A program made the position numbers and the translations under genes. Under the pieces are notes generated by a model. The model did not search any database, had not been told where the DNA came from, and saw nothing but the letters and a program-made list of their open reading frames with translations. Shown here one piece after another: positions 37,655 through 50,059 of a DNA stretch of 64,000 bases. The stretch comes from Carcharhinus longimanus (Eukaryota): the NCBI GenBank assembly GCA_030264375.1, contig JASCQW010000072.1, positions 15,439,581 through 15,503,580 of the forward strand, given 5' to 3'. How positions within the stretch are numbered: the stretch's first letter is position 1; the number at the start of each line of letters is the position of its first letter.

Positions 37655-38101
37655 GACTTGCATTTGCATAGTGCTTTCCACGACTGTAGGATATTCCAAA
37701 GCTTTTTGCAGTGAATGAAGTACTTTTGAACTGTCATCTCTGTTGTAATGTAGGAAACATGGCAGCTAATTTGTGCATTGCAAGCTCCCACAAACAGCAA
37801 CATGGCATTGACAAAATGAACTGTCTGATTTAGTGATGTTGATTGAAGGATAAATATTGACTGGGTCACCTGGAAGAATACCCTAGCTCTTTTTTGAAAT
37901 ACCATCTTTTATTCTCACCTGAAAGAGCATATAGGACCTTGGCTCAACATCTCATCTGAAAGGTGGCACCATTAACAGTGCTGTTAATACTGAGTATTGT
38001 GTTAGGGTGTTAGTCTAGATTTTATGGCCAAGTTTCTGGACTGGGATTTGCACTCACAACCTTCTGATTTGGGTAAGAATGCTTCCAACTGAAACACAGC
38101 T
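37655..38101 (-). mobile_element. SacSINE1-like DeuSINE
   Basis: Minus strand: tRNA head AGCTGTGTTTCAGTTGG...TCAGAAGGTTGTGAGTGCAAATCCC, Deu-domain core GGTGCCACCTTTCAGATGAGATGTTGAGCCAAGGTCC, and L2-like tail GCACTATGCAAATGCAAG. Confidence 0.8.
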
Positions 38102-38480
38102 AACGGAAAGAAGATACTTCTCTCTCTCATCATTTCAACAGGTTTTGGAAGGGAAAGGTCTGTATGCCCATTGTCCTACCTTATTTCCCCAGAAAGTAAT
38201 CAGTAAATTTAACCATCATTTTTTAAAAAATTTGGTAAGATTTCTTGTTATCACTAATAAGTCAGTTAGAAAAGTTTAGAGTTGTGGCATCACAACTAGC
38301 TTAAAATGCCAGAAAGTTATTTGTACATTTGTTGCTTAATTGCAGACAAACTTGAAAAGAATCACAGTACCTATGTATGTGGCTGATTAAAATATTGTAC
38401 CTTAGCCAAGGTTCAGAAAATCATAATCAACGCCAGTAACACTACTACAATTCCTCTACACGGTGTGCTTCAATAATTCA

Positions 38481-38697
38481 AAATGCTGGAAAATCTCAGC
38501 AGGCCTGACAGCATCTGTGGTGAGAGAATAGAGCCAACATTTTGAGTCTAGATAACCCTTTGTCAGAGCCCTGATCTCTGATCTAGACTTGAAGCGCTGG
38601 CTCTATTCTCTCCCCACAGATGCTGTCAATCCTGCTGAGATCTTCCAGCATTTTCTGTTTTTGTTTCAGATGCCAGCATCCGCAGTATTTTGCTTTT
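38481..38697. repeat. Fold-back (palindromic) repeat with decayed hammerhead-like cores
   Basis: Arms 38481 to about 38552 and about 38581-38653 are near-perfect reverse complements (AAATGCTGGAAAATCTCAGCAGG / CCTGCTGAGATCTTCCAGCATTT). Confidence 0.88.
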
Positions 38698-39539
38698 ATC
38701 TTTGGTTCAATATTTCATTGTGTGGTTATTAGCGTTCAACTTTTAAGCTACAACATTAAAAACAATGTTGGCCTTTTAGGACTTAAAAAAATTTTTGCTA
38801 TTACATCCCTGTAGTGTTTGTAGGAAAAAGTAATAGAAGATCTAACGTATAAGTCTCAGAATATCACCAATTTTTAGTTGTTGGAACACATTTTAAGTGA
38901 TGGCTTCAGGTATAAGATTGCCAAGACACTAAATTGTTTTTTAAACAGCATATGAGTGCATGCCCTGATTCTGTTGGGAGCCTCAACAATTGGACAGAGT
39001 CATGCAAAGTGCGTGTGTTTATTTGCAGATACATTGGTGTGTTGCCGGCTTCTTTGGTGAGAAGTTGTCCTGGCCCTCTTGTCCTTGCTCTTGCAAATAT
39101 TGTCAACAGCATGGTTGATATACTAGGTACAATGTTGCAAGATGCAGGATTAAGTCTATAGAATAGTAGTTGCCAAAGTCACTGGTCCATGCAATTAAAT
39201 ACACAAGCACTGTTTTTTAGTTCAGCAAAAAAGAGATTGCGTGAAGCCTCCTGCATGTAGGCATTGAGAGTGCATTGATCATGTGTTAGCAGAAGTCATT
39301 GGTCCTTTAGACTAATTGTATTCCCACAAGTAAATTGGTCTATTCTGCAGGTAACAAGAGACAAAAATACACAAATGCTGGTACGTTAGTTTGCATGTGT
39401 TGAGAAACAGGTTATTTACAAGTAATACAGATCCTGCTAAACTGTCCAAAATTAGGGTATTAAGGAGGTTATGCCTTGTTTGCTTTGTTGCCTCTTGGCG
39501 TGTCGATTGTGGCTGGGGCCTTGAAAGTAGATAATTAGT

Positions 39540-39628
39540 GAAGGAGAGGAAGCTCTAAAGAGAATTCAATCTCACAAGATGTGATTAAAACTATAATTGT
39601 GAACTCAGAAGGAATCCCAATAAGGACA
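39540..39628 (+). pseudogene. Dynein light chain roadblock (DYNLRB1/2-like) pseudogene fragment
   Basis: [13 protein letters not shown], a 1-nt deletion at the Gly codon, then VIKTIIVNSEGIPIRT, versus DYNLRB2 [30 protein letters not shown] (recalled sequence). Confidence 0.85.
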
Positions 39629-41303
39629 ATTATTGGTTAATGTTAATTTAGAGACACCATGTTGATCTGTCCTATCTTGCATATTCAATAATTGATCAAT
39701 ATTGTTCTTGATCTCAGACAGAAAGATTATATCCAAATCTCTTGCTGTCACTTTGTTTACGTCTCATGCTCCATCTAGTTCTCTGCTGGTCTTCTGCTCA
39801 GTTGTATCTTTCTGGCTATGATAACCTATCTGCCTGTGGATTTCTTATGTCACTCTTTCTAGTTGCTGCTTTTTGTAATGATACCTTTCCAGCATGCAGC
39901 AAGTAGTAGACGCCTGGCCCTTTCACCACTGGCTCCACGTGGAAAATTAAACATCTGATCTACTTTCTTCTAATGGCAGCAGAGGCCTGACCTACAGTTG
40001 CAGCCTCTTGTTCTGAGCAGCTTAACACATTGAGCTGGTCCAGTACATCTGCAAGTTTGCTTCATGACGCACAACAGCATTGTGATGTGAGCATTCCTGT
40101 GGATGGGGCCAGTGCAACATAGTCTTGTCAGTATGGCAAAAATCATGTCAGATTATCAAAGATAAATGCATTTGGAATATCCTGAAGCTTTCTGGGCCAT
40201 GCCATATCTGGTGAAGTGACCACCCTGGCGCTTAATGAGTTACATCCTGTCTGACCAATGCAAATATATTTTTCTCCACACTTCACTTCTGCTCTCTAAG
40301 ATGAGTAGGAGATGAAATGGCTGCAGTCAGACTATTGCAGGACATTGACTTCTAGTTCACAGAAGTGGCACACAAATTATTAATGAGATTCACTTCCACA
40401 AGGCTGAGTTATGTAGCATTTGCTTAATTTACTTTCTATCCATAATAATTGAAACCAGTACCCAGTGGGCATATCCATAGATAAGGATAACTCTGCAAGG
40501 GAGGTTTGAACAATGAATTAGTTTGAACTTGAGTACACAAAGGTAATCTAGAATTCCTCGAGTCACTTCTTATCTTTTCTGTATGCTCCTCAAATGTATC
40601 TTTACTGAATTATGTTTTTTTTAATCTTTGAGCTTAAGAGTTCAGATTGTGCAGTAAAATGGCAATCACTATGTTCCAAGAGGTTTTGTGAAGAGGGATA
40701 AGCATCCACCTGAAAGAGGAGAGAGCCCATGAGAGTTAATGTAATATATGGAAACTGTGTATATTTTTTCTCATTCAAAAAAGCAATAGATTGATGGAAT
40801 TTTTTAAATTTTTTGACACAAAGTGCTTGAGGCTAATAAAGATTTTGGGTCACGAGTACTTTGATGTAAGGACTTTTGTTCTGCTTTTCCTTTTCTTTTG
40901 CTAATCTGATTCTGGCAATTGTTTTAGGAAAAGCAGTTTAAGCAACAGCAGATTAAACCAAGTAGACCAGCAGGCCAATAGGCTTTGCTCATCCTCAGAA
41001 CACGAGGTGATAATACTTAAGTCTGTGATACCGGTGGTGCAAGAAGTAGTGGTGGTAGTAATAGTGAAAACTTATTGGCACTGCCAAGAACTATTAGTAG
41101 ACATGAGTCCAAAGAATGAGAATAAGTGAAAATAACCATCTAACATTTAGAGCTGGAACCAGAAGTGAAGCAGGAGCATTAGCGGTGATGACCAAAAGAA
41201 ACACTGTGGCAGTGGTAGTAGCAGTGATTGTTGCAGAGACTCAAGGCTGGACAAAGATACCCTGGGCAATTGTGGTATTAATTACAGTGATGATCAGTAA
41301 CCG

Positions 41304-41580
41304 TTTAAAGTTTATTGATTAGTCACAAGTAAGGCTTACAGTAACACTGTACTGAAGTGACTTGTGAAATTCCCCTAGTCACCACAGTCCAGTGCCTGTT
41401 CAGGTCAATGCACCTAACCAGCATGTCTTTCAGACTATGTGGGAGGAAACCGGAGGAAACCCACGCAGACAAAGGGAGAATGTGCAAACTCCACACAGAC
41501 AGTGATCCAAGCCGGGAATCGAATCCAGGTCCTTGGCACTGTGAGGCAGCAGTGCTAATCACTGTGCTACCGTGCTGCCC
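41304..41580 (-). mobile_element. V-SINE with an alternative (non-CR1) 3' tail
   Basis: HE1-like head and V-domain, but the tail is ACTAGGGGAATTTCACAAGT...CTTGTGACTAATCAATAAACTTTAAA. Confidence 0.88.
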
Positions 41581-44001
41581 AATGCAGGAGGTCTTGCTGC
41601 ATAACGTGAATTTGAAGATCTGAGAATCAGGCCAGTCCTCTTACATTCCTGCACAGTTCTAAAAAGTGCAGCATTGGCATTGCAAAATTCCTTCACTGTA
41701 ATTTGCTTTCTTTCAGTTCATTAACTTCCACTCTGGCTTGATCTTGTTGATTGTGTCAAAATGTCATTGATGCTTTCTGTCTGAGCAATGGCTCTGTTGC
41801 TTTTGGAAGTTGGCATCTGTGATGTGGTGGTACTTTTTTTTTAATCTGGTGAGTTCAATTCAAAGCCCACCATCCTGAGCCCATATTGAAGTACTGGCAT
41901 CAGTGTTGTGCTTGTGTAAGATAAAAAGAACAGCCTGATGCCAAGGGTCCTCCTAAATTATGCATACTACAGGAATTAAACAGGTGGCTAGCCACAAGGG
42001 TGGTTTATAGAGGCAGAAGTTGCTAGAGGTATTGGAACATTGCTCCATTTTGATTCTGGTTCCAGAGATGAGACTGCTAGCCATCTGTGCCACCACCAGC
42101 TCCCCCATCTCACATCCAAACTCTTTAATTTCTTTACATGCAGTGGTTTGTTTGAATGTGTAGACATGTAAGCAATTCACATGTTGACTGGATTGCTGGT
42201 AGATGTTTGTGTGGTGAAAACCCTGAAATCAATGAAGAAAAAATTTGATTCTGTATGGGGGGAGAGAGCAGTGCTCATTGAGGGTACAAGATACTTCAGG
42301 ATAATTTTGGATCAACTAAGATGAGCCATCCTTCATTATGTTGGGACCTTTTTTAAGATTGACAATGGGCCAGAAACCGACAAGCCAACTCAATATATGA
42401 AAAAATGGAGTTTTTAAATTAGACTTCAGTGGATAGTTAAGTTCCAGTTGTTAAAATGGTGATTTATTAATTTTAAGAATAGTAATATCTCTGGTATTAT
42501 GTGTTTTGCTGTGGTATACAGCAGCAATCAGACCATTGGACTGATTTTGCATCACAGCAGGATGTTTAGAAGTTGTAGATGGTCCACATCTGAAAATAGG
42601 ACATAAACAGTTACAGCGAACGTTCTATTAAATGACACTTGTGGCTCTTATTTGAGGGGAACTATCCCAGGATGAAATATTCCAAGTGTTGTGGATGACT
42701 CATAATGATGTATTTTGTAGGAAAAGTGCAATGGAGTAAGGTATGAAAATACTTGGCAGAAAGACATCTAGTATAATCTGCTTCAAAATGGAAGTGACTT
42801 AAACTACATTTCAGTTCAAATGCTCCAGTCCATCATTTCAAAGTATTTCTTGTTGAGTAAATTGGATGTTTAAATGTAAAATTGAAATGTGTGAATTTAT
42901 ATGTCTTAACTTTCTGGCCTACTATTAAGTGTAGCAATCAGTTTGAAGGTGTACTGGACATTGATTATAATTGGAAGATTCAGTTTCTTTTGTTTTGTTG
43001 CTATTTGACCTGATTAATTTCTTCCTTTTGAATTTGTGAAGTGCTTTACGTCATGGCACTTATTTGTTGCATTTATTGTTCCAGCTAATTACCTCTTTTT
43101 CCATCTGGAATCAGCGTCCAATGTGCAGGATTATGTGCCAGTACAAAACATTATTGATATAAAGGGCCCCAATAGCTAACACTACAAAAGCAGGTGGTAT
43201 TACGTGATGTTCAGTTCTACACACTTTGGAATATTGTATACTTCCATAAAATCAATCCCCTTATGGAGGAAATAACTTACTATTTGTTTGAAACATACTG
43301 ACTCTGTAAATAGATTTAGATATATTGGACACATTTAAAACTATTATTAACCAATTTCATAATCAAATAGTTTACTGATGTTTACCAGTCAGAGCTGAAA
43401 ATTTAAAGCATTAAAATTATATGATATGGATTAATAGTCGAACAACAATACCACTAGGCCATCACATCTGTGGAGAGAGAAACATAGTTATGTAGTTTTC
43501 TGGTTAAATATGTGTGCTGTTGTAAAGTGCCAATAGCATTCATTTCCAGAATTGGATTATGATAATTTTTGCATTCATTACATATTAAGTAAACCCTGAA
43601 TGTGCATTCAGTTTTTAAACGTAATTGCCATCTAAGTCTATGCTCTAGCTGTCTGGAACAGTGACAGAGTTGATGAGATTTTGCATTAATTGACCATTTA
43701 GATTTTTGTTTGATCTATTGAAACTCATTAGCAGTGCAGTAATTGCAAGCATATTATGCTGTACCACGAAATCGAGAACCAAGTTATAGGCATTTATAAT
43801 AACACACAAAAGGATGCTGTCTTCCACAAATTTGTTTGCTTCATTTCTGTGATTCAAGTGATTAGCATACCATTTCTCAGTGTTTATAAATGGTGTGTGG
43901 TGACCTTATTTCATGAAGGATTTGGATGGTGTAACAAGACTGTCCCTGCTTTGGGTTGTAGTTCCTGATGCAACCCAGCCCAATCTGATGAGCTAACAAG
44001 C

Positions 44002-44256
44002 TAACATAAGAACATAAGAAATAGGAGCAGGAGTAGGCCATCTAGCCCTTCGAGCCTGCCCCGCCATTCAATAAGATNNNNNNNNNNNNNNNNNNNNNNN
44101 NNNNNNNNNNNNNNNNNNNNNNNNNNNNNNNNNNNNNNNNNNNNNNNNNNNNNNNNNNNNNNNNNNNNNNNNNNNNNACCTTGTCAAACGCCTTCTGAAA
44201 ATCAAGAAAGACCACATCCACCGGCTCTCCTCTATCCACCGCCCTAGACACATGGT
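44002..44256 (-). mobile_element. CR1 LINE spanning an N gap (tail plus RT fragment)
   Basis: AACATAAGAACATAAGAAATAGGAGCAGGAGTAGGCCA tail; VSRAVDRGEPVDVVFLDFQKAFDK beyond the gap. The real gap is probably longer than its 100 Ns. Confidence 0.88.
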
Positions 44257-44289
44257 CCCACATTAGCAGAAACATTTAGTATAATAGAA

Positions 44290-45846
44290 TTACAGGCCAA
44301 ATATGGACAGTGAAAGCTCCTGCTGGTTATGACGTACCGCCCTCCACTTCAGTTGATGAATCTATACTCCATGTTAAAAAACCATTTGGAGGAAGCATGA
44401 GAGTTGCAAGGAAGGAGAATATACTCTGTGTGGGGGACTTCAATGTCCCAAGCAAGAGTGGCTCTGTAGCACCACCTCAGAGCAAGCTCATTGAGTCTCA
44501 AAAAACATAACTGCAAGTAGTGAGGGAATGGACAAGAAGGAAAATTATACTTGACCTAATCCATACCAGCCTGCCGACAGCAGATGTATCTGTAGGAGTG
44601 CGTACCACACAGTTCTTGTGGAAACGAATCCCATCTTTATATTGACAATCTCTTTCATCATGTTACATGGCATTACCACTGTGCTAAATGGGATAAATTT
44701 TGAACTGATCAACTCAATAACTCAAGACTGGACATCCATGAGACGTTGTAGGCCATCAGCAGCAGAATTATAGCCAACCACTTTCTGTAACCTCGTGTCC
44801 CAGTATAACCCTGTTCTACAATTACCACCAAGCTAGGGGATCAGCCCTGACTCAATGAAGAGTGCAGGAGGACATGCCAGGAGTAGCATCAGTCATATTG
44901 AAAAATGAGGTGTCACACTGGTGAAGTTACAACACTGGCTAAATGGCATAAGTAGTAATGCTAAGCTAAGTGATCCCACAACCAACAGATCAAATCTAAG
45001 CTTTGCAGTCCTGCTACATCCAGCGTGAATGGTAGTGGACAATTAAACAACTTACTGGAGGAGGAGGCTCCACAAATTACCCACCCTTGATGAGAGGGAA
45101 ACTAGCATATCGGAGCAAAAGATAAGGTTGAACCATACGTATCAATCTTCAGTCAGAAGTACCGAGTGGATGATCTTGGCTTTTTCCAGAGGAGCCCAGC
45201 ATCACAGATGCCAGTCTTTAGTCAGTTCGATTCACTCCACATGATATCAGTAAATGACGGAAGACACGATACTGCAAAGTCTGTGTGCCCTGACAATATT
45301 CTGGCAATAGTACTCCAGAACTTCTGTGCCCCTACCCGAGCTGTTCCATTACAGCTGCAACACTAGCATCTACCCAGAAATGTGGAAAATTATTCAGTTA
45401 AGTCCTGTATCAAGAAACGGGATAAATCCAACCCAGCCAGTTACCGTGCCATCAATCTACTCTCAAACGTCAGTGATCGAAAGGGTCATCAACAGAGCAG
45501 TCAAGCAGCATTTGCTTAACAAAAACCTGCTCATTGACGCTCAGTTTGGGCTCCACAAGAGCCATTTGACTCCTGACTTCATTACAGCCTTTGATTAGAT
45601 GTAGACAAAAGAGCTGAACTCCAGAGATGAGGTGTGAGTAACTGCCCTTGATTTTCAAGGTAGCATTTGACTGAATATGGCATCAAGGAGCCTTCATAAA
45701 ACTGGAGTCAATAAGAATTGGGGGAAAGCTGTCCTCTGGTTGGAGTAATACCTGGCACAAAGGAAGATGATTATGATTGTTGGAAGTCAGTCATCTCAGC
45801 TCTAGGACACCAATGCAGGGGTTCCTCAGGGTAGTTTCCTAGGTCC
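44290..45846 (+). mobile_element. Decayed CR1-group LINE ORF2 (endonuclease to RT)
   Basis: YRPP-like motif then VDESIL, ENILCVGDFNV, ILDLI, IYPEMWK, LLIDAQFG and AGVPQGSFLGP. Confidence 0.85.
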
Positions 45847-46439
45847 AAAAATACATTATAAATTGCATTCATAATCAGCAATACTGTCTTCATTGAAACC
45901 ATTTTATTATTTGTTTTCAGAAAAGCTGAGGACTATATGAATGTGGAACTATGTGGTTACAACTTGATTAGGTGTTTACTTGTCTTTGTCGAGCACTTAG
46001 ATCATAGAGCTTTGAAAATAATATAAAATTAACCTGCCTTCAGCTGATGTTGGGCAACACCATAGAGCGTTTTAGTAGATTATCAACTTTTGGAATTTTC
46101 CACAGTAAAGCTATTATCTATGGCTTTGTCTTAATTACGAGCATTCATTTCTGAATACCCATTCATCAAGAATGCTGTACAGGAATCAAGCTAGTAAGCT
46201 TTTCTTTGGAATATTTTTAAATCAATACTTTCAAACAAGCAGCAGGCTGAAACATACTACTCAGATGTACATTTTGAGACTGAGGTCCTGCAGTATATAT
46301 ATAGCCAGTGTTTTCTGGCTGTTATTGTGAGAAAATATCACAACTTGATGGTTCGCTGGAAGGGATTTTAGAAATTAATTAGAATTTAATTTTCAAAAAA
46401 TTTGCAAAGCATAGAAATGACAATAGCACTGCTGACGCT

Positions 46440-47312
46440 TCGGTATTACAGGGCATTGGTGAAACCACATATCTGGAATTGTGTACAGTATTGGTCTCCT
46501 TTTGTTGAGGAAACATGTAAATACATTAGGAAACCTTCTCTGAACTGCTTTTAGACTAATACCAGGAATGGGTGGGTTGTCTTATGAAGAAAGACAAGAG
46601 ACTAGGTTTGTAGTTTGGGAGTAATTTGGGAGAAAACTAGGTCAGATGAATTCTGCTATAAGCACCTCTTTATGGGCTATAAATTTTTAGGCAGTCCCTC
46701 AGGTCCCCGGAGGATTTTCTTTCACTCCAGGGCTGTGGATCCTTAGGTGACAAAAAAGTCCAATGCTGGTTCTGCACAGTGTATCACCAGTGGGGTAGGT
46801 AGTGTTTGATGAGATGGATGTGTTTGATGTTCAGATTTTGGGATTCTCTGTCACATTCCAGGAATGGGTGTGTTGTCTTATGAGGAAAGTTTGAAGAACT
46901 TAAGTTTCTATCCACTTGATTTTTGAAGAGTAAGAGATGATTTGATCAAAATTTTTAAGATCTTGAGGGGTATTGACAGGGTGGATGTGGAGAGGATGTT
47001 TCCTCTTGTTGGAGAACCTAGAACTAGGGATCACCGTTTAAAAATAAGGGGTCACTCATTTAAGACAGATGAGGAGAATTTTGTTTCTGAGGGTTGTGAA
47101 TCTATGGAACTCTCCCTTAAAATGAAATGGAAGCAGAGTCTTTGAATATTTTAATGCCGATTGAGATAGATTCTTGATCAACTTGGGGGGTGTAGAATAA
47201 TAAGGTTAGGCATGGATATAGGTTGAAGTTACAATCAGATGAGCTATCTTATTGAATGGTAGAGCAGGCTCAAAGGGTCGAATGGCCTATTCCTGCTTCT
47301 CAATCTTATATA
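46440..47312 (+). mobile_element. CR1 3' fragments with an internal unrelated segment (about 46620-46855)
   Basis: YRALVKPH..YCVQYWSP-like region; FKILRGIDRVDVERMFPLVGEPRTRDHRLKIRG; tail GAGCAGGCTCAAAGGGTCGAATGGCCTATTCCTGCT. Confidence 0.8.
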
Positions 47313-48744
47313 AGTATGTGTGATGTGTTGAATTGCTGAGCGCAGAACAAATGTCTTTCCACAGATTTTGTGTGTGCTTGTGTACTGTAAATTGTGGTCA
47401 GGCATAATAGAGATTTGTTGTAAAGTAATTATCTCTGCCCTACCTCAACGATGCTTCTTTTACCAGAGAACATCCCTTATTGCATCAGTGCAATAGTTAT
47501 CAAACTTCTAAATACCATCCTTATGATGAGGGTCAGTAAAACAAATGGACAGCATTTCAATGCCGATTGTCTTGAATCTTGCTCCTGCGCCAGACAAAAT
47601 TGGTCTATAATCCCTGATTTTCCTATTTCCTACCTGATCGTGCTTTTGGCAAAAGTCCCTGATCTTTTCTTACTTTAAAGATCTTGCATTGGTTGGAGCC
47701 AGAAGCAAACACGAGAGAGTGAATCAGAAAAGAGTGTTAATTGGGCTAAGTGGAGAGATTCAGCATGCATGGATGATAGGGTACCATAAATTGGAGAAGA
47801 ATCAATGGAAATATGGAGAAGCCTGTAATTTATTCTGAAAAACAAGGGAATATCCCTGCAATTTTGTATACCAAAATTTAATAATTTTCAAGTGTCCCTA
47901 CTTAGTGGGTCTGAAATGGGCCTGACAACTTTGTGACACTAAATATTGAATGGTACATTTCATGCTTTAGAATCATAAAGAAAAATGGATTTCAGAGGCC
48001 CCAGCTAGTTTCTTCAGGTTAGTTCTTTGGGTGGGATTTTACAGCTCTGCCGACCGCTTGGATCACCCAATCCCACTGGAAGTCATTGGACTTGCGGCTG
48101 GTCTGCATTTCTGGAACAGATCCCACTACAGCAGAACCAAAAAATCCTGGCTTCTGACTTTGTTTAAGGTGACTTTCCTTGCAAGGGAGGAAAAATGGAA
48201 ACTGAAGAAATCCTGGTTGCTTGTTTGCTCTTTCCAAGTAACATTGGTAGATCCCTTGTTACAGGTCTGATTTGCTGTCTGTGAGAAAAATGTTGAATCG
48301 TCTCCTGCATTTTCCAACTGGTTACATAGGAAATAGAAGCAATAGTAAACTATTTGGTCCTTTATTAGGCCTGCTCAGTGATTCAAGTGGATCATGGCTG
48401 ATCGTTTTCTTCANNNNNNNNNNNNNNNNNNNNNNNNNNNNNNNNNNNNNNNNNNNNNNNNNNNNNNNNNNNNNNNNNNNNNNNNNNNNNNNNNNNNNNN
48501 NNNNNNNNNNNNNNNNNNNNNNNNNNNNNNNNNNNNNNNNNNNNNNNNNNNNNNNNNNNNNNNNNNNNNNNNNNNNNNNNNNNNNNNNNNNNNNNNNNNN
48601 NNNNNNNNNNNNNNNNNNNNNNNNNNNNNNNNNNNNNNNNNNNNNNNNNNNNNNNNNNNNNNNNNNNNNNNNNNNNNNNNNNNNNNNNNNNNNNNACTAA
48701 AACCTGGTGTTGTCAGACTTTTTACTGTGGAAACAAATTATCCC

Positions 48745-49830
48745 AGTCTACTATGTCTAAGTGCCTCATAATTTTTGCACACCTCAATCAAATCATCCCT
48801 CAGTCTTCTCAGTTCACAGGAAAATAGCCCTTATACAGTTGCAGCATACATTCCTGTTTTTGTATTTCATATCACTTGCAATAAAGGAAAGCATTCCATG
48901 TGCCTTCTTTACCACCTTAAAGGACCTGTGGATATGCACTCCAATGTGTCTCACTTTCGCTAGCCCTCTCACTATCTTCCCATTTATTAAGTGTTCCCTT
49001 TTGTTTGCCCTCCCAAAATGCATAATCTCTCTGTACTCTAGAATCATAGAATCCCTACAGTGCAGAAAGAGGCCATTTGGCTACTGAGGCTGCACCGACC
49101 ACAATCCCATCCTGGCCCTGCTCCTGTAACCCCATATATTTATCCTGCTGATCTCCTTGACATTAATGGCCAATTTACCTAACCTGCACATCTTTAGACT
49201 GTGGGAGGAAACCAGAGCACCTGGAGGAAATCCAAGCAGACACATAGGGAACATGCAAACTCAGACAGTCACCCGAGACTGGAATTGAACCCGGGTCCCT
49301 GGCGCTGTGAGGCAGCAGTGCTAACCATTATGTCACCATGCCGCCCACTCTCTACTCTGGGTTAAATTCAGCCCACTCATCCAAAGCATTGTTATAATTC
49401 TGGACTACACAGCTATCCTCTTAACTATCAACTGTCATGTGCAAATTTTCCAGCTATCCCCTCCATATTTAAGTCAAAATTATTAATATAAACCACAAAC
49501 AGCAGGGGATCCAACACTGATCCATGTGGAACATCACTGGAAACCCTTTTCCATTTGCTAAAACATTTGTCGATCGTTACAGTTTGCTTCCTCTCACTGA
49601 GCCAATTTTGGATCCAGCCCGCCACATTCCCCTCCATCCCTTGGACTTTTAGTTTCTGATGATTCTACCATGTGGAAACTTGTCAAATGGCTAAAATCCA
49701 TGTAGCCCACTTCCATTGCACGATTTTCATGGATCCTACTTCTTACTTCCTAAAAAAAAAATTCAATTAAGTTAGTAGGGCATGATTTTTCTTAATGAAA
49801 CCATGTTGACTGGTCTTGATTAATCCTTGT
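48745..49830 (-). mobile_element. Decayed CR1 RT fragment with a nested HE1 SINE
   Basis: WIQNWLSERKQTV..SDVPHGSVLDPLLFVVYINN..GKFAHD; MHFGRAN; VVKKAHGMLSFI. Confidence 0.88.
49039..49346 (-). mobile_element. Full-length HE1-type V-SINE nested in CR1
   Basis: Minus head GGGCGGCATGGTGACATAATGGTTAGCACTGCTGCCTCACAGCGCC; tail CTGTAGGGATTCTATGATTCTA. Confidence 0.92.
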
Positions 49831-50059
49831 TTTTTTAAGTGGCAGTTTATTTTGGCTCTGAGTTTTTTTCTGTTGAACATTGCAGCAGATCAAGGACACT
49901 CATGGGAATGAGATCAAGGTGCTGAATTAAAATTTCATGCAATAGGTAGGTTGGATTAATTCTTGCAAACTGAGCGACATTGTTTTGCAAAGCGTTCGCC
50001 CTGTCTGTGCGAACTGAGTGTAAGTGTTCTCAGAGTGGTCGCCTTTTCTGTGCGAATTG

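Noticed and set aside
40020-40070. ASLLH peptide as a possible continuation of the DYNLRB fragment
   Set aside because: Only five residues match and the surrounding residues do not.
48272-48771. ORFs of 125-142 aa, and the similar ones at 33659-34433 and 44042-44275
   Set aside because: Artefacts of translation through N gaps.
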